The position numbers and the translations under genes were made by a program. Of a DNA stretch of 64,000 nucleotides, positions 34,453-44,347 are shown piece by piece (position 1 is the stretch's first letter; the number at the start of each line of letters is the position of its first letter). The notes beneath the pieces are model-generated. The model worked only from the letters and a program-made list of their open reading frames with translations, was not told the DNA's origin and ran no database searches. Location: the sequence record DRR723986_4811; one strand, written 5' to 3'.

Positions 34453-35383
34453 ATTCCATCGCCACAAACTGCACTGCGGGGGCGCTGTTGATTTGAATCG
34501 AAGTCAATGGTGCGTGCACATCGCCATCCAGCTGCCAGGCTGTGGGCGAGTCAAATTGAAACTGCATGCTACCAATCGTGCTGCGTTCAACGCCAATACT
34601 TTGCGGCATGGCACCAAACCAGATTCGGATCAAATTTAGCACCAGTGGCAGTTTGTTCGGTACACCGGCAATCAGGCACATGTCTTGTTTGGCTTTGTTG
34701 CCACCACTGGTAGACACACGAAACCGCAACGGCAAGCACTGAATACTGAGCGCCAGGCAGGCCTGCCATGCAAACCTCTGCGGTGGTGCACTGTCGCGAG
34801 CTTGCTGCCCATTGACCGTAGAGAACAGGTTTTCTACGAAGGTACTGCGTCGAATAATTCCCCACGCTATTTTGGTCAACAGTTTTGCAGCCGCAATTGG
34901 ACCACTGCCCATGCTGTAGTAAGCATGCATGAAGTTCACGGTGACACCAAACCCAAATACAAAACCATATTGTTGACTGGAGGTTTTGATGGGATACCGC
35001 GGCGAGCAGTGCAGGTGGAAGTTGGCCTGATTTTCAACCAACCACCCCAGGGCTTTGAGAGGTGACGTTTTGGGATACACATCCCACGCGATCATGTTCA
35101 TGGTGCCCGCGTGCAAGGGGAAAATGGCAGGTATCGCATGGTCGCCCCACACTTTGGCTGCAGCGCCCAGTACCGCTGAAACCGTGCCGTCGCCACCAAA
35201 AGGGACAATGACCGAGGGTGGGGTGTCTTTGTAGGACAAGAGCGCCTGCTCCAGTTCTGAGGCATTTTGAGTCAATGCCACATGCCCGGCATTGCCCAAG
35301 ATGCGGTGAATTTCCGCAAGACTGCCACTTGAGTTGCGTGTTTTGAGATACCCGGCTTTGGGGTTTGCAATGACAAGAATCAC
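34451..35383 (-). CDS. Diacylglycerol/lipid kinase family protein
   Basis: NPKAG, GGDGT, PLHAGTMN, QLDGD DAGK motifs. Confidence 0.85.
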   Translation of the reverse strand: MILVIANPKAGYLKTRNSSGSLAEIHRILGNAGHVALTQNASELEQALLSYKDTPPSVIVPFGGDGTVSAVLGAAAKVWGDHAIPAIFPLHAGTMNMIAWDVYPKTSPLKALGWLVENQANFHLHCSPRYPIKTSSQQYGFVFGFGVTVNFMHAYYSMGSGPIAAAKLLTKIAWGIIRRSTFVENLFSTVNGQQARDSAPPQRFAWQACLALSIQCLPLRFRVSTSGGNKAKQDMCLIAGVPNKLPLVLNLIRIWFGAMPQSIGVERSTIGSMQFQFDSPTAWQLDGDVHAPLTSIQINSAPAVQFVAME

Positions 35384-35469
35384 GGTGATTTTGTTACGTA
35401 ATGATGTGACTTAAATTTAACTGATTTCTCCACCCGCAAACCGATGATTAAGCGGGCTTTTTTGTGGTT

Positions 35470-35536
35470 TGTAGGATGTCACTTACACCATGTTCAGAGA
35501 AGGCCGACCTACTTTCTCGCAAATGGCTTTTACAGT
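35470..35536 (+). promoter_or_regulatory. GacA/UvrY-box-like tandem sites and -10 for the DUF1328-kinase operon
   Basis: TGTAGG-N6-CTTACA (35470-35487), GTTCAG-N6-CCGACC (35492-35509), 21 nt, TACAGT. Confidence 0.6.
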
Positions 35537-35571
35537 AGGCGTCAACCGTTTGTTAACTCGAGGAGTTGATC

Positions 35572-35739
35572 ATGTTGCACTACGCTGTTGTGTTTTTCGT
35601 CATTGCATTGGTTGCAGCCTTGTTTGGTTTTGGCGGTATTGCTGCGGGCGCAGTGGAAATTGCCAAGGTCTTGTTTTTTATTTTCATCGTGCTTGCAGTG
35701 GTCACCTTCGTTTTTAACTTGATTAAGTCCAAACCTTAG
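35572..35739 (+). CDS. DUF1328/UPF0391 (YtjA-like) small membrane protein (55 aa, absent from ORF track)
   Basis: [64 protein letters not shown]. Confidence 0.93.
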   Translation: MLHYAVVFFVIALVAALFGFGGIAAGAVEIAKVLFFIFIVLAVVTFVFNLIKSKP

Positions 35740-35743
35740 CACC

Positions 35744-37078
35744 ATGCCGTCATCTGTCAAACGTCAAATTCGTCCCTACTGGCTTTTGGCGTTCGGCTGC
35801 GTGATGGTGCTTGCCTTGTTGGGTATCACTTATACCCATTCCCGAATGAATGCCGGGGTGGTGGCCCTGTCGGATATCAATCAAAAGCGCATAGATCGTC
35901 TTGACCAATTGTGGGTATTGCTGGTGGACGCACAAGCCAGCGCATTGTCATTTTTGTTGATGCAAAACGATATCTATCTTGAGCCGTACCGCAATGCTGC
36001 AGCGCGGTTGGAGCCACTCATGGCCTCCATGAACTTCGATATTCCGCTAGGCTCGGATGACCATGCTGATTTGCAGGACTTGAAGCGTTTGGTGGATGCG
36101 AAGTTTCAGTACCTTGGTGATATGTTGAGCCAGGGCAAGGCACCTGTGGCTGTGTCAGAGGAGCACGGTGAGCTTGGCAAGCAACTGATGGACGAGATTC
36201 GGGTTCGCCTTGCGATCTTAAAGGCGCGAAGGGAGAAGGCGCATCAGGATCTTGAAAACATGTATTTGGCGCGCGCCGGGAAAATTCAGTATGTGGGGTA
36301 TGCGCTGGGTGCTGCCTCGCTTTTGCTGATCCTAAGCCTGTTTGTGGTGCAACAAAGGCAGGTGGCCTTGCGCGCCAGAATTCAGGAGTTGTTGAAAACG
36401 GAAAACAGTCGCCTTGAGGCCAAGGTGCAGGCCCGCACTGTTGAATTAAGCAATTTGGCCACCAACCTGACCACTACGCAGGAAGCTGAGCGCCAGCGCA
36501 TTGCCCGTGAGTTGCATGATGAAATGGGGTCGGCGTTGACCGCTGCGAAAATGGACGCCAACTGGTTGCGACGATCTTTGGGTGCACACGTGGACGACGG
36601 TATTCAAGAGCGGATGCTGCGTTTGATTGAAAATATTGGAAGCACCATCTCACTGACGCGCCGTTTGGTCGATGACCTGCAGCCCCCTTTGCTCAAGGGT
36701 CTCGGTCTTGTTGAAGCGCTTCGCTCACTGGGGCAGCAGTTTGAAATTGACATGCCAGTGGAGATGCACTTTTCCGAGTATTCCGTGAAATTGTCGCCAG
36801 AGCAATCGCTGGCTTTGTTTCGTGTGGCGCAGGAATCCTTGACCAATGTCCGGAAATACGCCAGAGCCAGCAAGGTTGAGTTGAGCTTGATTGAAAAGCC
36901 GGGAATGGTAGTTCTTAGTGTGCGTGACAACGGCATTGGTTTTAACACCGAGCACATCGAGTTGCATGGCCATGGCATTGCGGGCATGAAACACCGCGCT
37001 CAAATGTTCAATGCGCGGTTGGTACTTGATTCGCGACTCAGTCAAGGCACACGCATTGAAGTGCACATGCCCGTTTAG
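35744..37078 (+). CDS. Sensor histidine kinase (CHASE3-like periplasmic domain, HisKA_3, HATPase)
   Basis: Two TMs around a helical sensor (GKQLMDEIR), H-box RIARELHDEMGS, QESLTNV, DNGIGF, GIAGM. Confidence 0.92.
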   Translation: MPSSVKRQIRPYWLLAFGCVMVLALLGITYTHSRMNAGVVALSDINQKRIDRLDQLWVLLVDAQASALSFLLMQNDIYLEPYRNAAARLEPLMASMNFDIPLGSDDHADLQDLKRLVDAKFQYLGDMLSQGKAPVAVSEEHGELGKQLMDEIRVRLAILKARREKAHQDLENMYLARAGKIQYVGYALGAASLLLILSLFVVQQRQVALRARIQELLKTENSRLEAKVQARTVELSNLATNLTTTQEAERQRIARELHDEMGSALTAAKMDANWLRRSLGAHVDDGIQERMLRLIENIGSTISLTRRLVDDLQPPLLKGLGLVEALRSLGQQFEIDMPVEMHFSEYSVKLSPEQSLALFRVAQESLTNVRKYARASKVELSLIEKPGMVVLSVRDNGIGFNTEHIELHGHGIAGMKHRAQMFNARLVLDSRLSQGTRIEVHMPV

Positions 37079-37093
37079 GCAGCCCTGGCTTGT

Positions 37094-37729
37094 TTAATCC
37101 AGGAGCAATCCGTGTTGGTGCGCATAGGTAGCCAGCTCGGCATTGCTGTTCACGCCCAGTTTTTCAAGTAGCCTTGATCGATACGTGCTGATTGTTTTTA
37201 CGCTCAGGTGCAGTGCCTGTGCAATTGCGGACACGCTTTCTCCTCTCACCAGCCGCATGAAAACCTGCATTTCTCGTTCAGACAGTTCCTGATGCGCTGG
37301 CTTGTCCGTTTCGCCAGCCATTTCACGGGCCAATAGTTCAGCCGTGTTGGCGGAAATATAGCGCCGACCCTGCGCCACTGTGTGGATCGCATTGATCAGA
37401 TCGCTGCGGTCGCAGTCTTTACACAAGTAGCCGCTCGCGCCACTACGAATCATGGACAAGGCGTAGCGTTCTTCTGAAAAGCTGCTGATGATCAACACCT
37501 GTGTTTCTTCATGGCGTTGTTTGACTGTCCGCAGCAGGTCGATGCCATTTTGATCGGGCAGTGACAGGTCAAGCATCAACACATCACAGTTGTATTGACG
37601 CAGCAGGCTTTGGGCTTCTTCTGCGGTACCGGCCTCAAACTGAATGGACATGCCCAGTTCTTCACTGAGCATTTCCCGAAATCCTGCACGCACAATGGCA
37701 TGGTCATCAACAATGGCCAGTCGAATCAT
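37094..37729 (-). CDS. NarL/LuxR-family response regulator, UvrY/GacA-like
   Basis: VDDHAIVRAG receiver; LSEREMQV...LSVKTISTYRSRLLEKL HTH. Confidence 0.93.
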   Translation of the reverse strand: MIRLAIVDDHAIVRAGFREMLSEELGMSIQFEAGTAEEAQSLLRQYNCDVLMLDLSLPDQNGIDLLRTVKQRHEETQVLIISSFSEERYALSMIRSGASGYLCKDCDRSDLINAIHTVAQGRRYISANTAELLAREMAGETDKPAHQELSEREMQVFMRLVRGESVSAIAQALHLSVKTISTYRSRLLEKLGVNSNAELATYAHQHGLLLD

Positions 37730-37762
37730 TTGAATATTCCTTGTGTTGTTGTCAGGTGCGTA

Positions 37763-37829
37763 GGCCAGACTGGTCCTACAAGCGAATCGTCTTTGTCGGA
37801 CAGATCAATGTTTGGACTCTCCGTAGTAT
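37763..37829 (+). promoter_or_regulatory. Tandem sites and -10 for the BON gene, same spacing as 35470-35536
   Basis: GGCCAG-N6-CCTACA (37763-37780), AATCGT-N6-CGGACA (37785-37802), 21 nt, TAGTAT. Confidence 0.55.
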
Positions 37830-37914
37830 TGAACGCATGAAGCTTGATCAATACATACCCTTGGTCTCGATTTCTTGTCAGTAGTCAGTTCAATAACCTT
37901 GAAGGAGTACAACC

Positions 37915-38247
37915 ATGAAAAAATTGATTACTCAAACCTTGATCGCCTCTGGTGTTGCGTTGTCTGCATTAAGCCCTGTGTATGCAGCAGAGCAGGGGAA
38001 AGAACCCATGAAAGCGGTGGGACAGTATGTGGATGACGCCACCATCACTACCAAGGTAAAGGCCAAACATGCAGAGGACGAGACAGTGAGCGCTTTGCGT
38101 GTGAATGTGGAAACCAAGCAGGGCGTAGTGGTGCTGTCGGGCGAGGCCAGAACTGAGGCAGAGGTGGAGCGTGCCGAAGTGTTGGCCAAAGAGGTGGAAG
38201 GTGTGAAAGCGGTTTCCAACAAGATTGAATTGAAGCCCAAGTCATAA
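37915..38247 (+). CDS. Periplasmic single BON-domain protein (OsmY-like)
   Basis: Signal peptide, VDDATITTKVKA, VETKQGVVVLSG; AAGGAG RBS. Confidence 0.92.
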   Translation: MKKLITQTLIASGVALSALSPVYAAEQGKEPMKAVGQYVDDATITTKVKAKHAEDETVSALRVNVETKQGVVVLSGEARTEAEVERAEVLAKEVEGVKAVSNKIELKPKS

Positions 38248-38320
38248 GCTCAGATTGAGCCGACTTTAACCCATTGCCCTGCTGGTCCTAGCGCTGGCGG
38301 GGCATTGCAGATGTCTGCCC

Positions 38321-38746
38321 ATGAAACAGAATTGTACGAACCCGTTGCCTTTGCGTGTGTTGCTGGTGGAAGACTCCATTAAATTGCAAGCGATGCTGCA
38401 GGCCATGTTGGGCGAAATTCCCAGTGTTGAGGTGATTGCCAGTGTGGGGTCTGAAAAAGATGCTTTGGCGGTGATGAGGGACGACCATACCGATTTGGCA
38501 ATCGTGGACCTTGAATTGCGGTCTGGCACTGGCCTGGGTGTGCTGAAAAATCTGCACGACAGCCTGGATGGGAACGATGGGCGAGTTGGCGTTGTCATTT
38601 TTTCCAACTATTCAAATTTGGTGATTCGACATCGTTGTTTAAATTTGGGCGCGAGGGCTTTTTTTGACAAGTCGTTTCAAATTGATGAGTTGCTTGAGTA
38701 TGTACAGAAACAAGCCTCGGCCCATGCCAAAGGCTTGTCAGCCTGA
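38321..38746 (+). CDS. Stand-alone receiver-domain response regulator
   Basis: VLLVEDS, AIVDLEL, FSN, FFDKS; no output domain. Confidence 0.9.
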   Translation: MKQNCTNPLPLRVLLVEDSIKLQAMLQAMLGEIPSVEVIASVGSEKDALAVMRDDHTDLAIVDLELRSGTGLGVLKNLHDSLDGNDGRVGVVIFSNYSNLVIRHRCLNLGARAFFDKSFQIDELLEYVQKQASAHAKGLSA

Positions 38747-38759
38747 TTGTTGAGTGGTT

Positions 38760-39902
38760 CTAAATGGCTTGTGCTGGCCCAAAAAACTCATAATGCTGTC
38801 GCTCGGCAGGCACGCCCAGCTTGCCCAGCATATTCTTCACCGCACTCATAAAGCCCACAGGGCCTAAAAAGTAAACCTGTGCATTGTTGGGCAGGTGCTT
38901 TTGAATGGTCTGGGGTTTAATCAGGCCATTCTGATTCTCGTAAATGTACTCTGTGGTGATATTGCCGTGCTGGGTACGCAATTGCTCGGTCAACTGTTTG
39001 AACGAGTGTTGTGCTTCATTCTTGCAGGCATGGATGAATCGCACCTCGCGTTGGCCCGCGGCTGTTTTCAGCATCGCGATTGCAGGGGTCAGTCCAACAC
39101 CTGCAGTGATCAATACCAAGGGGTCTTTGCTGTCATCGAGGACAAACTCACCGCACGGCGGGCTAAGCTGCACCATGTCGCCCACGGCCAGGTGCTTGTG
39201 CAGATGGTTGGAGGCCACGCCGCCTTCTTCACGCTTGACCGAGATTCGATAGTGTTGGCCGTTGGGTGCGTCAGACAGAGAATAGTTGCGCATGACCGTG
39301 GTGCCATTCACGTTCAGGTGTAGGGTGATGTATTGCCCCGGCTTGAAAGCCATGATCTCTTTGCCATCCAAAGGTTTCAGATAGAAAGAAGTGACCAGTT
39401 CGCTTTCTTGCTCTTTTTTGGCAATTGTGAAAGCACGTTGCCCCTCCCACCCCCCAGTGGACATGGCTTGTTTGGCATACAGATTGGCTTCGGCGTTGAT
39501 CAGAATATCGGCGAGCTGACCATAGGCCGCAGCCCAGGCGTCGATAATTTCAGGTGTGGCCGCGGCGCCCAATACTTCCTTCATTGCTTGCAGCAGGCAT
39601 TCGCCCACAATCGGGTAGTGTTCGGCCTTCACTCCTAAGGCAACGTGCTTGTTGACGATGAGGGTCACCGCGTTCATCAACACCGCAGGGTTGTCGATGT
39701 GTTTGGCGTAAGCCAGCACGGCATTGGCCAATGCGCGGGGTTGCGTGCCCTTTTGCTGGTGTGCTGGGTTAAAAAATGTGGCAGTAAGAGGATATTTACT
39801 GAACATCAGTTGGTAGAAGTGGGTGGTTAATGCCTCGCCACCTTGTTCAAGTGCGGGAATGGTGGCCTTGATCCATTGTTTCTGTTCGGTGCTGACTGAC
39901 AT
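38760..39902 (-). CDS. hmp: Flavohemoglobin (nitric oxide dioxygenase)
   Basis: Globin (FNPAHQ, KHVALGV..EHYPIVG) fused to FAD/NAD reductase (RNYSLS, AGVGLTP, EFFGP). Confidence 0.96.
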   Translation of the reverse strand: MSVSTEQKQWIKATIPALEQGGEALTTHFYQLMFSKYPLTATFFNPAHQQKGTQPRALANAVLAYAKHIDNPAVLMNAVTLIVNKHVALGVKAEHYPIVGECLLQAMKEVLGAAATPEIIDAWAAAYGQLADILINAEANLYAKQAMSTGGWEGQRAFTIAKKEQESELVTSFYLKPLDGKEIMAFKPGQYITLHLNVNGTTVMRNYSLSDAPNGQHYRISVKREEGGVASNHLHKHLAVGDMVQLSPPCGEFVLDDSKDPLVLITAGVGLTPAIAMLKTAAGQREVRFIHACKNEAQHSFKQLTEQLRTQHGNITTEYIYENQNGLIKPQTIQKHLPNNAQVYFLGPVGFMSAVKNMLGKLGVPAERQHYEFFGPAQAI

Positions 39903-39960
39903 GGTGTTTTCCTTTCTACTTGATTGTAAACTGACTCATGATTCTCAGTGACAAACACTA

Positions 39961-39975
39961 TCAAGATGTGTGCCA
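39961..39975 (-). promoter_or_regulatory. Sigma54 -24/-12 promoter of hmp
   Basis: Minus strand TGGCAC-ACATC-TTGA, next to a sigma54 activator gene. Confidence 0.75.
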
Positions 39976-40016
39976 GCTTTCTTTATTTCACTAAGATGTT
40001 GAAATAAATAGAAATA

Positions 40017-40106
40017 GTGACAATGACACTTTGTTAAACAACTAAAATAGTTGTTGTAATGACAAACTAGGATTAATGTCATTAAAACAATAATTGTTAA
40101 AACGAC
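40017..40106. promoter_or_regulatory. NorR-type binding sites GT-N7-AC (four copies)
   Basis: GTGACAATGAC 40017, GTTGTAATGAC 40053, GTCATTAAAAC 40078, GTTAAAACGAC 40096; IHF-like TTTCAACATCTTA on minus strand near 39992-40004. Confidence 0.75.
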
Positions 40107-40123
40107 ATTCAGGTGATCAAGCA

Positions 40124-41701
40124 ATGGAAATGTCTAGTTTTGTGTTGGCAGTGATTGAAGACCTTGGCGCCGATCTGGATCCTTCAACTCGCTATATGCG
40201 ATATGTCAATTCATTGGCTGCAGCTTTGCCTGGTAATGCTTGCGCTTTGCTGAAAAAGGAAGGGTCAGCCTTAAGACCGCTGGCCGTGCGAGGTTTGAGT
40301 GCAGATAGCCTCGGGCGCCGCTTTGAACTCAATGAGCATCCTCGTTTGAATGCGATTGTGACCTACCGGGGGGTGACTCATTTCCCGAACAAATCCACTT
40401 TGCCGGATCCCTATGATGGATTGCTGGAAGGCGTGCATGCCGGGGATTTGAATGTGCATGACTGTATGGGTTGCGCCCTGCACGTGAATGGCAAATTGTG
40501 GGGTGCAATTACTCTGGATTCCCTCAAAGCTGGTGTTTTTGATGTGAAAGTTGAACGCGCCATGGCCATGTTTGCACGCTTGGGTGAGGCGGTTGTGCAT
40601 GTGGCTGAGCTGACTGAAAAAAGCGATCGACACTCCAATTCCCCGGTACTTGGGCTGGGTGAGGACAACGGTTTGAACGCACTGGAAGGTGTCCAGCTGT
40701 CTCGCCGCGAAATGATCGGTGACAGCATGCCCATTCGCACACTGAAACATGAAATTTTGACGGTGGCCAATAGTCAACTGGCGGTTCTGATTCACGGAGA
40801 AACTGGTGTGGGCAAAGAATTGGTGGCCCAAGCTTTGCACGCCATGTCCAGCCGGGCCAGTTTACCCTTGGTGGTGATTAATTGTGCAGCACTGCCAGAT
40901 CAATTGATTGAAAGCGAATTGTTTGGCCACGTTAAAGGCGCATTTTCTGGTGCAGAGCGTGATCGCCAGGGCAAATTCGAATTGGCTGACGGTGGCACTT
41001 TGTTTCTGGACGAAGTGGGGGAACTGAGCGCATCTGCGCAGGCCAAGTTATTGCGGGTTTTACAAAGTGGTCAAGTGCAACGTGTGGGCAGCGACAAGGA
41101 GCATCGTGTGGATGTACGTATTGTGGCTGCCAGCAATCGCGATTTGTCGGCTGAAGTGAAAGCAGGGCGCTTCAGGGCCGACTTGTATCACCGTTTGTGT
41201 GCCTATCCATTGCACATTCCACCTTTGCGCGATCGAGGCGATGATGTGGTGTTGCTGGCGGGTTATTTCTTGGAGCAGAACCGCAGCCGGTTGGGGCTTC
41301 GCAATCTACGTTTGGGGCGAGGCTGTGAGGCTGCATTAAAACGCTACAGTTGGCCAGGCAATGTTCGGGAGCTGGAACACACATTGGGGCGTGCTGCATT
41401 GAAAGCGCGCCGGGATGAGCCTGGCCCCATGGTGACTGTAGAACTCGAACACCTGGATCTGGTTAATGAGGTTGAACATATCCATTCTTTGACTGTTCGA
41501 GAGATCGGGTCAGTTCAAGACGCGGCAACTGCCACGTTACATACACCAGGCATGGCTTACCGCGACGCAGTCGACTCTTTTTCAAGAAACCTGTTGCAGC
41601 AGGTGCTGAAGCAGACCGGCGGTAATCGAGCCGCCGCTGCAAGACAGCTGGGGCTCGATTCTGGCAACTTTCACCGCATGCTCAAGCGACTTGGCCTTTA
41701 A
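40124..41701 (+). CDS. norR: NO-responsive sigma54-dependent activator NorR/FhpR
   Basis: GAF with [21 protein letters not shown]+ [22 protein letters not shown]; Fis-type HTH. Confidence 0.93.
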   Translation: MEMSSFVLAVIEDLGADLDPSTRYMRYVNSLAAALPGNACALLKKEGSALRPLAVRGLSADSLGRRFELNEHPRLNAIVTYRGVTHFPNKSTLPDPYDGLLEGVHAGDLNVHDCMGCALHVNGKLWGAITLDSLKAGVFDVKVERAMAMFARLGEAVVHVAELTEKSDRHSNSPVLGLGEDNGLNALEGVQLSRREMIGDSMPIRTLKHEILTVANSQLAVLIHGETGVGKELVAQALHAMSSRASLPLVVINCAALPDQLIESELFGHVKGAFSGAERDRQGKFELADGGTLFLDEVGELSASAQAKLLRVLQSGQVQRVGSDKEHRVDVRIVAASNRDLSAEVKAGRFRADLYHRLCAYPLHIPPLRDRGDDVVLLAGYFLEQNRSRLGLRNLRLGRGCEAALKRYSWPGNVRELEHTLGRAALKARRDEPGPMVTVELEHLDLVNEVEHIHSLTVREIGSVQDAATATLHTPGMAYRDAVDSFSRNLLQQVLKQTGGNRAAAARQLGLDSGNFHRMLKRLGL

Positions 41702-44310
41702 ACAGATACCCGAGCAGGCTCGCCAGTGGTGTTCTCCTGCAGGTATTGCAGTGCCTCATTGACCTGGTCGATCAAAACCAGTACCAAATGATCCGGGCCT
41801 GTTTCATCGAGGGCCATTTGAATGGCCTTGAATTCACCACGTACTTCGACCACGGTTGGCTTTTTGTCGCTGTCTGCGTTGGCAATGCCTTGTTGCAGCA
41901 AAGCTAATGTTTCACCATCGGGGCGACCGCGCTGGCATGCGTCTTCATACAACACGATATGATCAAAAAAGCCACCCACCAAGCGACCTTGTTCGATGAT
42001 GTCTTGATCACGACGGTCGCCCGCAGCGCTGATCACCACTGTACGTCTAACCGCCGGGATGTTTTTAAGCGTGTTGACCAGTGTCGACACTGCATCGGGG
42101 TTGTGGCCGTAGTCGGCAATCACAGAGCCCCCTTTGTGCTTGAAAAAGTTAAATCGACCGGGCACCGTGTCGGGAGTAGACTGAAAGCTCCCCAGCGCGG
42201 CACGAATGGTGTTGAATGGCACGTTCAGGCCCAGCGCGGCGGCCACTGCACACATCACGTTTTGCACTTGAAAGGTAAACAAGCCATTGTTGGTTAGAGG
42301 TACATCCATCAGGTCAATGGTTTTCTCGATTTCATCGTAGCTGATGTTGATGACGCGACCGTCGTGAATAATCACTGGGCGACCTTTGGCCTTGTGTGCA
42401 GCAACGATCGGGTTGTCGGGGTTGCTGGTGAAGAACAGGACTCGGCCCGGCGTCAGTTTGGCCATATTCGCGGCGTGTTTGTCGTCGGCATTCAGCACCG
42501 CCAAACCGTTGGGGGCTACATTCTGAACCAGTACGCTTTTCAGCAGCGCCAGGTCTTCAACGCTGTCGATGAAATTCAGACCCAGGTGATCACCCTCACC
42601 GATGTTGGTTACGATGCCCACATCGCACATGTCAAATCCCAAACCCTCACGCAGCATGCCGCCACGTGCGCATTCAAGCACCGCAGCGTCAGCTTCGGGA
42701 TGCACCAGCACCTTGTGTGCACTTTTCGGTCCGCTGCAATCGCCTGTGTCGATCAGGTGGCCGTTGACGACCACACCTTCGGTACCGGTAAAGCCCACCC
42801 GCAAGTTGTGGTAGCGCAGAATCTGTTCAATCAGGCGAACAGTGGTGGTCTTTCCGTTGGTGCCGGTGACCGCTACCACTGGAATGCGACCATTCTCATC
42901 TTTTTTGAACATCAGGTCGATTACGGCTGCGCCCACATCGCGCCCCTTGCCAATCGATGGCTCCAGGTGCATGCGCAGTCCAGGCGCGGCATTCAATTCA
43001 ACAATTCCGCCACCTTGGGCCTCAAGTGACTCATCCACCCGCTCGCACACCACATCCACGCCGCACACCTCGATGCCAATTTGCTGTGCGGCCTGAATCA
43101 CCATTTCTGCCATGGCGGGGTGAACGTTGTCTGTGACATCTGTGGCGCTGCCGCCGGTACTCAGGTTTGCGTTGTTGCGAAGTACAACCCGCACGCCTTG
43201 CTCAGGCACCGATTCAGCTGTAAAGCCCTGTTTCTTGATTCGGGCAATTGCAATTTCATCGAGGCGAAGTTTGCTCAATGCACTGCCATGGCCTTCGCCA
43301 CGCAAAGGGTTGCGGTTTTCAATTTCGACCAACTGGGCAATGGTGTGCACGCCGTCGCCAACCACAGAGGGAGGTTCGCGGCGTGCGGCTGCGACCAGTT
43401 TGTCACCCACCACCAGAAAGCGATAATCGTGGCCGGGAATGAACTCCTCGACGATGGGCACGCCACTGCCGTATTTTTTTGCAGCGTCAAAAGCGACCCG
43501 AAGGTGATCTTCATCCACGATATTGACGGTGACCCCTTTGCCCTGATTGCCGTCGCTGGGTTTAATCACCACGCCTTTGCCAGTACTGGCAGTCAATTCA
43601 CGGAAGGCTTGCAGTGCTTCTTCAAAAGTTTTGACCAGCTTGCCTTTGGGGGTTGGAATACCGGCCGCCGAGAGAATGGATTTCGTCAGGTCCTTGTCTT
43701 GAGCTATCTCTTCGGAAATGGCGCAGGTTGTGTCGGTTTCTGCAGCCTGAATTCGGCGCGCTTTCGAGCCCCATCCCAACTGAACAAGGCTACCCTGGGT
43801 CAGGCGGCGAATGGGGATTCCTCGACGTAGGGCTGCGTTCACGATAGAGCCTGTACTTGGCCCCAGCTTGCAGTCGTCAAAAATTTCTTTCAGACGTTCA
43901 ATTGCAGCGCTGGCGTCAAAGTCCTGTCCAGCCAAAGCTGCCAGAATAAGTTGGTGTGCCTCATCGAAGGCAGCACGGGCTAAATCTTCTTCCTCGTATT
44001 GCACCACCACCCGAAAGTAGCCAGTGGTGATGTTGTCTGCTACGTGTGCAAATGTGACTTGCGAACCAGCTTCAACCTGAAAGCGCAGGGCGGCACGGCT
44101 CAAAATATGCGCCAAAGCGATGTTGCTTTGCTCGAACCCTGTGGCCCGCAGCGAACCAATGCCGGGCAGGGCACTGCGAACCCTCATTTCAATGTTTGCA
44201 AAGCGGTCGTACAGCCGCTCATTTTCTTCGCAAAACACCAAGGCTTCCATGCTGGTGTTTTTGCTCCACAAATTGGGGCCGCGCAAGGCGCGAATACGTT
44301 CAATTTTCAT
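41698..44310 (-). CDS. cphA: Cyanophycin synthetase (870 aa), intact ATP-grasp and Mur-ligase domains
   Basis: LRGPNLWS, LGPSTGSIV, KPSDGNQGKGV, NLSTGG, ELNAAPGLRMH, GTNGKTT, DYGHN. Confidence 0.95.
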   Translation of the reverse strand: MKIERIRALRGPNLWSKNTSMEALVFCEENERLYDRFANIEMRVRSALPGIGSLRATGFEQSNIALAHILSRAALRFQVEAGSQVTFAHVADNITTGYFRVVVQYEEEDLARAAFDEAHQLILAALAGQDFDASAAIERLKEIFDDCKLGPSTGSIVNAALRRGIPIRRLTQGSLVQLGWGSKARRIQAAETDTTCAISEEIAQDKDLTKSILSAAGIPTPKGKLVKTFEEALQAFRELTASTGKGVVIKPSDGNQGKGVTVNIVDEDHLRVAFDAAKKYGSGVPIVEEFIPGHDYRFLVVGDKLVAAARREPPSVVGDGVHTIAQLVEIENRNPLRGEGHGSALSKLRLDEIAIARIKKQGFTAESVPEQGVRVVLRNNANLSTGGSATDVTDNVHPAMAEMVIQAAQQIGIEVCGVDVVCERVDESLEAQGGGIVELNAAPGLRMHLEPSIGKGRDVGAAVIDLMFKKDENGRIPVVAVTGTNGKTTTVRLIEQILRYHNLRVGFTGTEGVVVNGHLIDTGDCSGPKSAHKVLVHPEADAAVLECARGGMLREGLGFDMCDVGIVTNIGEGDHLGLNFIDSVEDLALLKSVLVQNVAPNGLAVLNADDKHAANMAKLTPGRVLFFTSNPDNPIVAAHKAKGRPVIIHDGRVINISYDEIEKTIDLMDVPLTNNGLFTFQVQNVMCAVAAALGLNVPFNTIRAALGSFQSTPDTVPGRFNFFKHKGGSVIADYGHNPDAVSTLVNTLKNIPAVRRTVVISAAGDRRDQDIIEQGRLVGGFFDHIVLYEDACQRGRPDGETLALLQQGIANADSDKKPTVVEVRGEFKAIQMALDETGPDHLVLVLIDQVNEALQYLQENTTGEPARVSV

Positions 44311-44347
44311 AACTCATTCACCTGTTCGTCGCATGGACTGTTTTATT

